Source: the human T2T-CHM13v2.0 reference genome, Homo sapiens. From it: a DNA stretch of 64,000 nt. Below are positions 21,660-44,472 of this stretch, piece after piece; the stretch's first letter is position 1; the number at the start of each line of letters is the position of its first letter. Under the pieces are notes generated by a model that did no database searches, was not told where the DNA came from, and saw only the letters and a program-made list of their open reading frames with translations. The stretch lies in NCBI RefSeq assembly GCF_009914755.1, contig NC_060937.1. The stretch is one strand, 5' to 3'. A program made the position numbers and the translations under genes.

Positions 21660-23993
21660 GATTGACCGAGTATGTTATATTTTATTGAGGGCCTTCTATA
21701 ACACCTTGCCTGGGTTAGGCACTAGGGAGGTAAAACCATATAATGTAGAAAAAGTAGAGCTATAAAGGACCTTAGAGATTTCCTAGTTCAATCTCTCCAT
21801 TTTACAGATCAAAGACACCCCAAAGGTTAGAAAGTCATCTGTTGAAGGTTGTATGGCTAAGCGAGTGGTAACATCAGGAATGAGTATCTTCTTTTCTCTT
21901 TCCCCTACCCTTCTCCACTCAACATTCTGACATTGCAAAGGCTGTGAAATTACCTAGGCTCTGAGATGGGATTAAACCAAACAGACCTTGTAAGAAAAGG
22001 AGGCTTGATGACTGAGCAGAATGAACTCAAAAAGTAGCAATCAAAGGAAATCTGAGTTTCTAGGGTAGCTAGAAGAATGACGGTGCCAAGGATAGAAATA
22101 GAGCTGAGTTTGTGTGAGGGTAGTGTTTTTCATTAACAAATATTTAGAGTTTCTACCACGTGACAAATACTGCTAGATGCAGGAAATATAGAAGTGAACG
22201 AGGCAGACTTTTGGCCCCTCCCCCAAGATATTAGGTTTTAAATGATGAATCCAGTATTGTAGGAGCTTGAAGCTTTGCATAATAGGCCATTCAAGTACAG
22301 CTATCCTTTGGAAGCTGCAAATACACGAGTGGAGCTCTAGTGAGAGCTACAAACGCTGGATTGAAGGGCACATGCCAAGGTGAATGATGAAGTCTTGATA
22401 GTGGCGATTGGATGCTCTGGGCAGAGGTCTGCAGCTCCCACCTCTGAAACAACAGGAAGGGTGCTGCATCCCAGGGTGCAGCTAGATTGCAGACCACTCT
22501 GTAGACGTGCAATCCTTGAATGCAGCTGCAAATCTACCCCTGGGCCTGGCACACAAGAAAGGGTTTGGAATGTAGGTGAATGCCAGTATGTTAACATCCT
22601 TGAATCTGTTGTAATTTCTATTAAGAAGGTAACTCATTACTGAAAACTATTAAATAAAACAAATTATGCAGCACAATAAGCAAATGATCACAATATTGTG
22701 GTACTAGAATTCCAAGGCTAAAAGTAACAGGTGAAAGGACAGTACAGAAAAAATGGGGTAAGGCACCACTGTGAAGTTAAGACATAGGAGAAAACAACAA
22801 ATGTGGGATGAAGAAGAACAATCATACAAGTAAACAAAAACAGAAGTATAAAACTACTGAAAAACACAAAGAGGAAAGCGTTTCAAGAAGACAGAATGAC
22901 AAAACGCCACTGATCCTGGTAGGGAGAATGAAAGCCCGTTGCCTGGAATTCACTAGAAGGAAGTGAGGCCCTGGATACAGACCACCTAGAAGACCTACAA
23001 TCAAGGGAAAATGAAATAAAATAATAGGCCAGACACGGTGGCTCACACTTGTAATCCCAGCACTTTGGGAGGCCAAAGTGGGCAGATCACTTGAGGCCAG
23101 GAATTCGAGACCAGCCTGGCCAACATAGTGAAACCCCATCTCTACTAAAAATACAAAAATTAGCCGGGTTTGGTGGCATGTGCCTGCAATCCCACCTACT
23201 CAGGAGGCTGAGGCAGGAAATCACTTGAACCCTGGGGGTGGAAGTTGCAGTGAGCTGAGACTGCACCATTGCACTCAAGCCTGGGCCACAGAGCGAGACT
23301 CCGTCTCAAAAAAAAAAAAAAAAAAAAAAACAATTTCCCAAACAACAAAAAAAAATTCTTTTAAATAAACAAAATAAAACAATTCCCTGTATTTAAACGA
23401 CCAGCCACTTATAGACTCTTCCCTGTCATAAGATTACAACCTAGGAACAGGAAGCTGCTGTTACAGTCATGGATCTCAGTGGAAGCATTAGTACAGAGGA
23501 AACACCAAGGGCTTTGGAACTAGACAAACCTGAGTTCACAGCCTGACTCTCAGAATATTAGCCTTATACATCTGAACAAGTTTCTTCCTATTTGTGTCTC
23601 TTACTGTTCCCCATTCTTAGCACACTTTTGGATTTTTTTTTAATTACTCAGTGATGACACATAATACTCAAATTCAGACTTCCAAATGACAGTTTACTAA
23701 GAATAATAATTAAAATTTTTAGCCATGAAAGTTGAGTTGGGGGAAAAAAACAAGTACAGAAGAGATTCATATTAAAGCGGGCCCCTTAAACAATTTATAT
23801 TGATTATTATTTTTATATATCTATTTCTGCATCTGAAATACCACAGTAAGGAAACAGGAAAGTCTTGTTGCTACAGATATTATTTATGGCAATCATAGTA
23901 TCCATTTAATAGTCAAACCATGCAAATATATCCTGGCAGGAATAAGCATACTTTAAAAATCATTTGAAAAGGAAAACTTATTCTTTTTCTTAC

Positions 23994-24114
23994 TTTTTGA
24001 AGCTGATGTGGTATAGATAGGTAAAGCTCTTGCTGCTCTTCTCAAAATTTCTTGTTGTCTTTCTTGGCTGAATTCTTTTTCATAACGTTCCTTTTCAGAA
24101 TTGGACAAGTAGAA
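23994..24114 (-). CDS. ZDHHC20: ZDHHC20 coding exon 4 (121 nt; FYLSNSEKERYEKEFSQERQQEILRRAARALPIYTTSASK)
   Basis: atAG|TTCTAC...TCAAAAA|GTaaga; phase 0-1, in frame with both neighbours. Confidence 0.96.
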
Positions 24115-24646
24115 CTATAAAAGGAAAGAGGACTATTAAATTTTTTTAATCCCATGATGTTAATTATCATGCTCAGAAAAAGTTTTATCTAGAAAAAAGA
24201 AAACCAAAAACTATTTTATGAAGACAAAACTTGTCTTCAAAAAAAAGCAGATAAATCAAGTACATTTTAACAAAAACTGTATACCTTTGGCATATTAAAA
24301 AATATTTGCCCTCCACACCAGATGGCAAAGAATATGAACTAAATATTTTTCCATCTTCGTTTTTCACAAATAAAATTAAATTTCTACACAGGAAAGGCTT
24401 AATATATAGTCTCCATTAGTAAAAATTTTAGTTGTTTAAAAGTTACTGTCAAGAGATTTTTAATTTTTGCAAGAATGTCCAAAGATTTACTTGCTTTGGG
24501 TGAAAGGCTAAATCACAGTCATGGGGTCCCGCTAATTTCTAGCCAAATGTCTCATGAAGGCCAAGGAGTCTTTTTTTTTTTTTTTTTTAACCATTTTTAG
24601 CTTTCGAAAAGTTAACCAATAGGACTTAGTTTCACCAGAATTATGA

Positions 24647-24950
<304 letters not shown>

Positions 24951-26334
24951 TGATCTGCCCGCCTTGGCCTCCCAAAGTGGTGGGATTACAGGCGTGAGCC
25001 ACCGCGCCCGGCCTAGGGCTGTTTCTTGTTTTCACTTCTTACTGTTTGTTCCCATGTGTGGCCAGCCTCTGGTTCGTTTCTCTTAATAGCATTTTCCCTT
25101 CAGAGTACTTGTTTATGTTTAATTGTTCTTTTCATATGTCATCCTAACATCTCAAGGATCCTAAGTTTTACACCTTAATTTCATGTTACCAGGAACTACA
25201 GGTTTCTATCAGTCTTTATTTCATAGATTAAAAAAAAAACAAAACTAAGAATGGCTTGAGATTTGTTCTTCATTGTGTTTTATATTTTAATAATACAATT
25301 CCTCAATTTTTATTTACTTGTAAGGTTCTGCTTAAAAAGCCCTAAGGAATCCTGACTTTCCATGTTTAAGGAGTATTTGGTCTAGTTGCTAACTCAAATA
25401 CCAAAATGTCTCCTCCTCTTGCTGCCCCATCATTGCTAATGGTATTAGCTTAACAACACGGTATTCTGCTATAAACAAGGCAATAGCTTGGCATAGTAGA
25501 GAGAGCTCTGAGTTGAGGAAATTATGATTCTAAGAGACTTAGGCAATTTTCTAAGATTGCAGAACTACTGGCAGAGCCAACAGTAAAATACGGGTCTTCT
25601 GTGTTCTACTCTGGTACATTTTCCTCTATATTACAGTGTAAAATAAATGTTTTTGCTTTTTATAGATAGTTACTCTAACCTGACTAAAACACCATACTTT
25701 AGGAAATAGAAGAGTCTATTTAGATTACCTAGCTCAGCTTCCACAAGCAAAGTGTGATGGGACAAGAAACCCCCAAATTACTTATGGGGGACAAGAAGCA
25801 ACATGGACAGATGAACAGGACAGTAAGAAGTCAGGAAAGACTCACATAATCTTAAAGATGAAAAAGTCTTAAAGACAATGGAGGCCCCTTATCTAATCTT
25901 CCATCACAAGCAGGGGTCTTCAGACATTTCTGACAGATTGGGCCCCTCTTGAATACTTTGAGAGAAATATTTTTCTATTTTGCAAGATGGCATGTTCTCT
26001 TTTAAGAGAATTTTAACTTGTTAGAAAGTTATTTCCTGACATGATGTGTCTCTTACATATTCATAGTAGAGTATAAAAATCACATGGTAACATGTTAAAT
26101 ATATTTGAATAGAAGATGTTCTGATCAAATTTTACAGATTCCTTATAAAACTTCAACAGATTTCCCTGGGCTATCCTATTCCTAGTCTGCAGTAGTATCC
26201 CAGGCCTCAAGCCTCTCTACTGCTACTCAACATCATTACTTTTCCTTAAGAATGAAGGTTATGGGCTGGGTGTGGTGGCTCACATCTATAATCCCAGCAC
26301 TTTGGGAGGCCGAAGCTGGTGGATCACGAGGTCA

Positions 26335-26594
<260 letters not shown>

Positions 26595-27704
26595 TTAAAC
26601 CAAACGAAAATTTCAAGAGACATCAGAATTTTAGATGAGGAATGGAACAAAACAAATATTCAAACAGATCGTAATTTTGAATTAGTACTACAAGTTTGTC
26701 TTTTTATTCAAAACTAGTGAACAGAATTCAAACTATGAAATGCTATTATTGTCTTAAATTCAGTGTTCAGACAGTTCTATTTAAATATATATTAAATGCC
26801 AATTAAGAGTGAGGTGTTGTCCCAGATATCAGAGATCCAAAGATGAATAAAAACAACCATTGCCTTCAAAAAGTATATTTCTATAGTCTAGTAAGAGAGC
26901 CATATAAACAAAGAATTACAAAATACGAATCAGCATAAAGTACAACATTAATAATATATTACAAGGTATGATAAAAGCTCCCTTGGGAGGCAGTGGGAGA
27001 TATCAATGAAAGTTTCTTGAAGGCAGTGTACCTAAGTTTTGAAAGATAAACAGGAATCTTTCAGGAAGACAGAGAAGAAAAGAAAATCTTGGCAAAGGGA
27101 ACAGCATACAGAAAGCACAAGGATGTGAAAATAGTACAGTATATTCAGCTCAATACACTGCTTGAGTATAGAGTTCCATGAAGAAGCAATGAAGATTAAA
27201 TTAGTAAGATTTTAGTTCATGAAGGGATTTGGTGTACCATGCAAACGAACATGACCTTTATCTTACAGCTAACTGGCAAACTCTGTAGGATTATAGTCAG
27301 GGAAGGGATGGGAAATACCTATCAGCTATTCACATGCTGCCGCCTCTTCCTCACCATTTCTTCATTTAAGTCTTTATCAATCGGCCTGTTATATACGAGG
27401 TCTGATTCTAAGTACTGGGGATACAGGAATAAACAACAAAGATTTTTCCTTCAAAAAGCTTAGTGGAAGAGATACTTATAAAGGTCTCAGCTTAAATACC
27501 ACTTCCTCGGAGATTTATCTGACTATACTATCTAAAGTAGCTCTTTCTCCCCGAAAGTAGCTTTTACTTTGTTCTACTCTATCATATTACCATGTTATTT
27601 TTCTAAATTTATCACAATTTTTAATTATTTGTTTACTGTCTGTCTCTACCTTTAAGCCTAGCACAGTCTGATATCCGGTGGGTGGTCAAGAAGTACTGGA
27701 TTGA

Positions 27705-28082
<378 letters not shown>

Positions 28083-28146
28083 TAGTTTTTGCTTTTTAGA
28101 CCCAATCAATTCCCCTAGACCTAGATCTCCAAGCATTGTTCTAACC

Positions 28147-28278
28147 TCTGAGCTGACTGAATCCTCCTAATAAAAGCTGTGAGTTTGGTGTTATATTAGC
28201 ACCAACTTCTGAGCTGACAGAATCCTCCTAACAAAGCTGTGAGCTTGGTATTACATTAACATCAAATTCACAGCTTTG
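28147..28278. repeat. 61-bp tandem duplication with an embedded hairpin
   Basis: tctgagctgac(t/a)gaatcctcctaa...aaagctgtgag(t/c)ttggt at 28147 and 28208; caaagctgtga...tcacagctttg inverted arms at 28232-28278. Confidence 0.9.
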
Positions 28279-28885
28279 TAATTGCTTATACAGGCCTACC
28301 TCAGTCAGCACACTGTAAGCTCAGTGACAAAGAGAATCTTAAATTCCTGTTCTTGGTTGTCTCTAGAGCTTAGCTTAGCTGGCCCATGAAGATTTAATAA
28401 TTAATTAATTTAATAGTTACTGAAAATCCACTATGTGCCAGATAGTGTGGGAAGGGATATAGTGCAGAATGCAACGTAAATATCCCTGCCCTCACAATAT
28501 TTAAAATTTAATAATGTGATGCATATTAGTAAACAGGCAATTACAATACCAGATGATAAGTTCTCTGACAGGGCAAATGGAGCATGCCACAGCAAGGTCA
28601 CTGGATACAGGCTTGGGCAGTCAGATGACCTTATAGGAGTAGAGGAGAATGAAGGAGAAGTTGATGTAAAGGCTTAAGCTCTGGGCTGAATGCTAAATGG
28701 ATGCAATATGCTAGAACCACCACCAAAAAAAATAACAACAACATTTTGATGGTACTTATTAGGTGCTAAGCATTCTTCTGAGCCCTTTATATACACTATT
28801 AACTCCATATATTAATATCTATTATTAATTACATAGATTGCTAATTTGCTCAATTATTATAGCTATCCTATGAGGTGGGTACTAG

Positions 28886-29248
<363 letters not shown>

Positions 29249-30428
29249 TAAAGTGATCTGCCTGCCTGCCTTGGCCTTCCGAAGTGCTGGATTACAGGCA
29301 TAAGCCACCACGCCTGGCCTGCATTCTTAACCTCTACATTATACTGCTTCTCAAAAGTACTACCAATTATTTTTCTTATTCTATTTCTTATTTCCTGAAA
29401 TGAGAATTATTTACTTTTTACACATGCTATGTTTTCAATAGTCATCACTACTAGTAATTGATTAAATAAAATTAAGTCCTTTTCAATTTCAAGATTAAGA
29501 AATGGATAGTTTGTAACATAACTTTAAGGGTTGACTAATTAGTAACAAATGCCTGATGAATACATTTGAAGCAACACTAAAATTTGACTTATAGTTTACT
29601 TTACCTTTTAAAACAAAAGCATCTAATAGAAAAAGCAGGCAAAAGACTATACAGCATTACTTGCTAATGTTAAATGTATATATACTAGTTCTACTCCTAG
29701 GCATCTATCCAAAAGAACTACATATATATTATCCAAGAGACATGCACTAGAATGTTTATAGCAGCCCTATTTGTAACAGCTCTAAGCTGGAGGCTACCCA
29801 CATGCTCATCAACAGTAGACCGAGTAAACAAACTGTGTTACATACTACAACTGAATACTAAACAATAATGAGAATGAATGATCTGCAACTATACGTAACA
29901 CAGATGAATCTTACAAATAGAATGTTAATGAAAGAAGCCACACACACATATGACTATGACTATACACATACACACACCACTAGAAAACTCCATTTATATT
30001 TAATACAAAAACAGGCAAAACTAATCTATGCTGTTAGAAGGCAAGAGAGTGGCCTCTTATGAAGTGGATGACTGAAAGGAAGCATCAGGGGTTGACGGGG
30101 TTCTGGTAATGTTCTGTTTCTTGAATTGGGTGGTAGTTACACAGGTGTGTACACATATGCATACTTTTTGTATATATGTTCTTCACTGCAAAGTTAAATA
30201 GAAGTTGATACTATTTTTAAACATATGGTCTATAATTTTTAATGATTTTGATAAATTTAACACAAAGGGAAACGATTACATTATCATCATCATCTAATAT
30301 TTGAGTCCTAACAATGTGGCAGGTACACTAGTATTTTAAAAGCTTAGGCCGGGCGTAAATGGCTCACGCCTGTAATCCCAGCACTTTGGGAGGCTGAGGC
30401 GGGTGGATCACCCGAGGCCAGGAGTTCA

Positions 30429-30761
<333 letters not shown>

Positions 30762-31403
30762 TTAAATTGTTAGAGCAAAAGATCAAACTCAGACAACTCT
30801 AACTCTAGAGAATATATTCTTAACCACCTTGCTATAAGAAATTTTCGGTGAAGGAAGAATTCAGTCAGCTATGGAGAGGTAAGAGAGACACTGGTCATAA
30901 AACCTACTCCACATAAATGTTTACCTATATTATTTTCCAAATGGAACCTCCAATTAGAAGAAACACTAGTCATATTAAAGTGCAGCAAGCAATAGCCTAG
31001 ACAATTTGTTTCCATCACAAAACTTTCTTTAATTGCAGCATATCTGTTCATGCCTGAGAAAATATAAATGTTGAGAGTTTCTAAAAATAAACTCTACTTT
31101 CCTAACGCAATTCTGTTCCTTGAGACTTTTTATTCCAGTAATATAAAGTATGTCTTTAAAGACACATAGCATGGCAGAAAAATAGTAAGCATTTCTATAC
31201 CGCTGAACTTTTACTATGCTGTGTCAGTGGACTGTATCTGAGAATAGGCTGATGACTCACATTCACAGTACAGAGCAACCAAGCAGTTTTATGAATGGAA
31301 ACAGAACACATGCATTATGTAAAGTTTTAACAAAGGTAACACAAGGGAAAAAAAATTCCATAATCAGTTAAAACATTTGGTAATTTACCAACATTAAATT
31401 TAC

Positions 31404-31507
31404 CTCTTTGGAGGGGGAAGCGGGAGATGTGAAAATTGTCATCCAATAGGACCATACAAACATAACAAAGAACAGATGGAAAGCCACAAGGTAAACAACG
31501 GTCTTTC
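31404..31507 (-). CDS. ZDHHC20: ZDHHC20 coding exon 3 (104 nt; KTVVYLVAFHLFFVMFVWSYWMTIFTSPASPSKE, TM2)
   Basis: ccAG|GAAAGACC...TCCAAAGAG|GTaaat; open frame, hydrophobic helix, phase 1-0. Confidence 0.96.
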
Positions 31508-33817
31508 CTGGTAAATAAAAACAAATAACAGTTCATTGAATCCAGGTGAAAACAGCAAAAAGCATTACATTAAAACACAATAATTGGGTCAGGAGGCCGA
31601 ATCCAATAAACAATTAAATTAAAATGTACTGAAACATCAAATATATAAACTTTACTTGCATGAGGAAACATTACTAGATATGAAGAAATATTCTGTTCCT
31701 ATATTTAAGGATTATCAGTCTGGTTTATAAGATGAGATTTAAGAGGAGATTTGATTGTATTAAATTGCTGAAGATTTAAGCTAAAACACTTTCTTCACGC
31801 ACTATATTTCAAGTTCTCCAAAAGCTCATTTTAAATGACTTAAAATTATTTAAAACAGAATCTATTACTATGAACATTACATCCAAGGAACTGTCAACTG
31901 AAAGTAAATAAGTTACCATCACCATAAATGATGAATACATCTGAGTAACTCATTCCCTGTATTGTTCAGAAAAAGTGACCTAAATTTCATTCCCCTGTTC
32001 AATACAGGCTAACAAGAAAAAGTTTTGGCCATTTTGAATATCTAACATAACTGTTTCCCAAGTAGATTAATGTTAACATTCCAAAATATTTCAAAAGATT
32101 TTTGTTGTATTCTATATATTTGAAAGAAGCAGTACTGATTTCTTTAAGAAGCAAGAACTATCTATCAGATGCTTAAACTCTTTTTCAGTTTGTAATGCAG
32201 CACCATAAACCCACTGAAGATAATAAATTCAGACAAGTCTGAAATTCTACTCATTTTTAAAGTTTAGATAAAATGCTACTCCTTCCACAAAGGTCTTTTC
32301 TGTTACTTTCAGAATTCATTACTTCTTCATATTGCACTCTCCAAATAATTTGCTTAGATTTCAATTAAAGTACTTATTTCAGTAAAGTTAGCTGCTTAAT
32401 ACTGATGAGGTAATACATGCAAAACACTTAGAAGGATGCCTGGCACACAATAAATCCTCAATAAATACTGATTATTAATATTATTACTATTAGTCTTATC
32501 CAGGTATTTTAATGATTTTCTCCAAAATTTGGTCCTTTTTGTGCATTCCCTTTATCAGTGTTTCTCAATTTTAAGAAGTGATAAAGTGTTCACTGGTCTG
32601 CGCTGAAAAAAAAAAAAGAAAAGAAAGACCAAGAACAATGTAAGGAAGCTTTTGTAAAAGCTAACATGTATTCAGTTTGAAGTACTGTCCTTCCTTTGGA
32701 CTGAGGTTTATTTTCCTTTATGTTTTTGGTTTAAAAATTGCTTGTACTTTTCAAATAAAATAATAATAATAATTGACAACCCTGTTGCAACCCAACCTTT
32801 TCTTCTGAAATTGTATTGGGTTCATGCCAGATCTCAGAGAACAGAAACTCCAGTCACGCAGTTGACCAATGCAGAAATCCAGGCCTGAAATGACTCCTTG
32901 TATCTCACAGCTTATCAGTACAAATACTACTAATTCTAGCTCCTAAAATTTCTCACCAAGTGAACTCATTATTATTATTTTCGTTATTTTTCAATAATTT
33001 CAATAATTATCATTATTTTCACTGCCAGTGCATACTTCATAAATTGTTGCCTACGTTCTTTGGATTGCTGCAAAAGCCAATTGGTCTCCTTGCTTCCAAT
33101 CCATCTCAGTGGTTGATGTAAAATATGTTGCTCATAGTTTCTTTTCCCTCTTGGCTGTGGAATTCCTAAGAAATAATTCCAACCTCATGACCAGCACATC
33201 CTAGTAAAACCCTGGGACTACTCAGTCACCATATTTGACTATAGGTACTCAAATCACCATTCCTATGTACTGAAAGCCAACTAGAAGGCATATAATCTAT
33301 GCCTTATTTCTAACCCTCACAGTAAGTCTTCTAAGGTATCATTCCAGTTTACAGATGTAAACAGTGAGGCTCAGAGAATTTAATACTTTGCCCAACGTCA
33401 CTTAGTTATTAAATGATGAAGCCAGAATTCAAACTCATATCTGTTTGACAAAAATCCAAGGTTCTTTTCACTATGTCCTAGCTAAAATCATAGTTTCCTC
33501 CACGTTTTAAACCATCATCTTAATGGTCATATTCCACTTCTAAGCCAATATCTGATGCCAAGATAAAATCGTAACCCTAACTTCCTTCTATTTTCAAATG
33601 TGCTCTTCTTGTTTCCACTAACATTGATTGTCATACACATTAAAAACTGGTTTCTCAAAATCTGCTCTCTCTATCCTGTCAGTTCCCTTCAGGTTGAACC
33701 CCATGGTGTACCCAATGGACTCAGTATCATTGCTTTGGCCAGGTGCAGTGGCTCGTGCCTGTATTCCCAGCACTTTGGGAGGCTGGGGCGGGCGGATCAC
33801 TTGAGGTCAGGAGTTCA

Positions 33818-34060
<243 letters not shown>

Positions 34061-35994
34061 TTATATATTACATATAATTGCTTCATTTGTTTTTCCTTTG
34101 GAAAAGTGTGCAAGAACTTAGTTTCCTACTGCTATGATAACACTGAGACCATTTAACAACTATGCAATGTTATCTTCACTTTGCTTACTTCCTTCATAAA
34201 TAGTTTTGCCTAGACCCCATATTAAATCAGGCTTGTTGTTCCTCATCTATACACTATCATATAACTTTGAGATAGATGGTAACTTTGAGATACTTTAAAT
34301 GTAAAAACAATATACTCTTCATAGTTTTAAAAACATTTAATATAATTTTAGAATATTTCCTTTCTTCATGAAAACAAAAGAAAATGGTTTTGCTTAAAAA
34401 TATATTCTGTTAAAAAATAGATAAAATAAAGCTCTTAACACGAGACCTAGAATATGGTAAGTACTTAAAAGATGTTATCATTAACTTATAATGAGTAAAG
34501 AGTAACAGAAAACAATGCTTTTCACTAAATTCAAATTAATGTGATTATCAATAGGCAAACTTCTGGTTACATATACATGCTATTAAACCATTGGTTACAA
34601 GTAATATAGGAAGTAAAATCATAGTTAACTGAGAAAATTAAATCAAAGTTGAAAGAAAAACCTGAAACCTATATACCAAACTCTGTGTTCAGAAGTTCAA
34701 AAATCACCCGTAACTGAATTTAAAAACAAACAAGCTAACAACAACAAAAGACTGTATTGAAAGACTCTTTGGCCAGGCAACGTGGCTCACGCCTATAATC
34801 CCAGCACCTTGGAAGGCAGAGGCAGGCGAATCACGAGGTCAGGAGATCGAGACCATCCTGACTAACACAGTAAAACCCCGTCTCTACTAAAAAAATACAA
34901 AAAATTAGCCAGGCGTGGTGGCGGGTGCCTGTAGTCCCAGCTACTCAGGAGGCTGAGGCAGGAGAATGGCGTGAACCTGGGAGGCGGAGCTTGCAGTGAG
35001 CCTAGATTGCGCCACTGCACTCCAGCCTGGGCAACAGAGCGAGACTCTGTCTCAAAAAAAAAAAAAAGACTCTGAGAGACACGGTAAAAATAGCCCCAAG
35101 AGATAATGATTTAAGTTAAAAGTTCTTTTATAAGAACTTCTGAAATTCTTTGCTTTCTGTATCTGTGCTTCCAACATACAGGAAACATTTTTGATTTAAA
35201 GAAAGAAAATAAGCCAACCAAGATTGAGTCTGCGTTTATTCTGTTACTGACAAATTAAATTTAAAGGTAATTTAATATTTACATACTTAATGCCTAATTG
35301 TCTCCAGTAAGAGGAATTACTATTTATTAATAATTTCTAACTGTTCAAGTATTTTAGAAATCCTCTGGAGTTTTGTATGCCCAATTAAATTTTGTTTAAA
35401 TTTAATCTCAACAGACTTATGAAATTTGCTTTTATCCCAGTGAAATTTTGAGAGATGATTTTTCCCTCTGGGCACTATCTTTTTTACTTAGTTGTTATAA
35501 AAACTTTAGCTTCCTTAAACTGGTAATGCAATTTACAAATTTACAGTCTGGTTATTTTCTTAAATATCTGTGCATTGTAAATTGCGATTTTAACAAATGC
35601 CTAAACGAGAACCATCAATAAAATTTAGACATCATGAAAGCAGAATTGTCTCCTCAACCTAGCTAGAACTCATATTAAAAAAATCTAAATAAAAAGTTTT
35701 GAAGAACATATGAGACAAATATTTATATAAATACACAAAGAAGTTTGAGTACTAGGTGTTGTACAAAATAATGTCTACTTTAATTTACATAAATAACACA
35801 AAATGAGAATACATGAAATGTCTTGGTCTGGAAATAACCCCATTACTAGATCTCCTTTTAATTACTTAAAATGTAAAGATAGGGATTTTATTTCTAAAAA
35901 ACAAAAACACATGCATTCATCACTAAATAAAAAGTATGTTCCAATTAAAATATCATTAAGCATTTAACTTAAATTGAAACTAAAAGTGCCTTAC

Positions 35995-36021
35995 CATTTT
36001 CTTCATTTCCAAAAATAGTAA
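35995..36021 (-). CDS. ZDHHC20: ZDHHC20 coding exon 2 (27 nt; (F)TIFGNEEN(G))
   Basis: Minus strand ttcttctattctAG|TTACTATTTTTGGAAATGAAGAAAATG|GTaagg; phase 1-1; peptide matches the ZDHHC20 TM1-TM2 loop and joins exon 3 in frame. Confidence 0.93.
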
Positions 36022-36793
36022 CTAGAATAGAAGAAAAAATAGTGAATAAATATACTTTAAACATTTTGTATGTAAGTTTTATTTCAGGTTGAATATTCAT
36101 CTTAATATCATTTTCAAAAAAATAAACTTTAGTTATAAATTGTAGACACTAATGCAAAGTCAAAATTGCACTTAAAAAACTCCAAAACCATTAAAATACT
36201 AAAATCCAAATTCTTTATCATTAACGCTACAGTCACACTAAATGTTTTCAGAACTTTATTAATTTTAAGTGTATCAACATGTTTATAGCTGCAATGTTTT
36301 CTTTAGCTCTTTCCTTAATGATATCTGCAGAATGAACAGAACTGTCCTCTATGACCCCCATAACTTATTTGTTAGTCTGTGATGTACTCTTATCAACCTC
36401 TTTGTGAATCTATACTCAAGACAAATGTATTTTTCTAAAGAAAAAAGTAGAGGAACTTACCCTGCTAATTTTTAGTGTTTTTTTCCTCTGAATAATCAAA
36501 TACTGAAGAAGTCAGACTACGCACAGAAAAGGTAATTCAGTGTCTACCTCTCTTATGTTTTCTTCCACCTTGTATTACTATTGTGATGAATAAAGCCAAC
36601 AACCACTTCAGTCTACCAAGCCTGAAACCCTGTGAACTGCTATTTACTCTTTCTTCCTGGATAATTCAATGGCCTCGAGTCCTGTTGGTTCTACTATCTA
36701 AGTCTCTTTATAATATGTCACCTATTCTTCAGTCCCTCCCCACTGTCTTCCTCAAATGCAACAGCTTAAGGCATCTTCCTGCAGTCAGTGTAA

Positions 36794-44420
<7,627 letters not shown>

Positions 44421-44431
44421 CCTTTCCTACG

Positions 44432-44472
44432 TGTGTGTGTGTGTGTGTCTGTGTGTCTGTGTGTGTGCGTGC
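44432..44472. repeat. Imperfect (GT)n microsatellite
   Basis: gtgtgtgtgtgtgtgtgtctgtgtgtctgtgtgtgtgcgtg. Confidence 0.9.

Noticed and set aside
36455-36510. Minus-strand donor AGG|GTAAGT at about 36460, upstream of exon 2
   Set aside because: No convincing acceptor or reading frame; isolated consensus donors are common in long introns.
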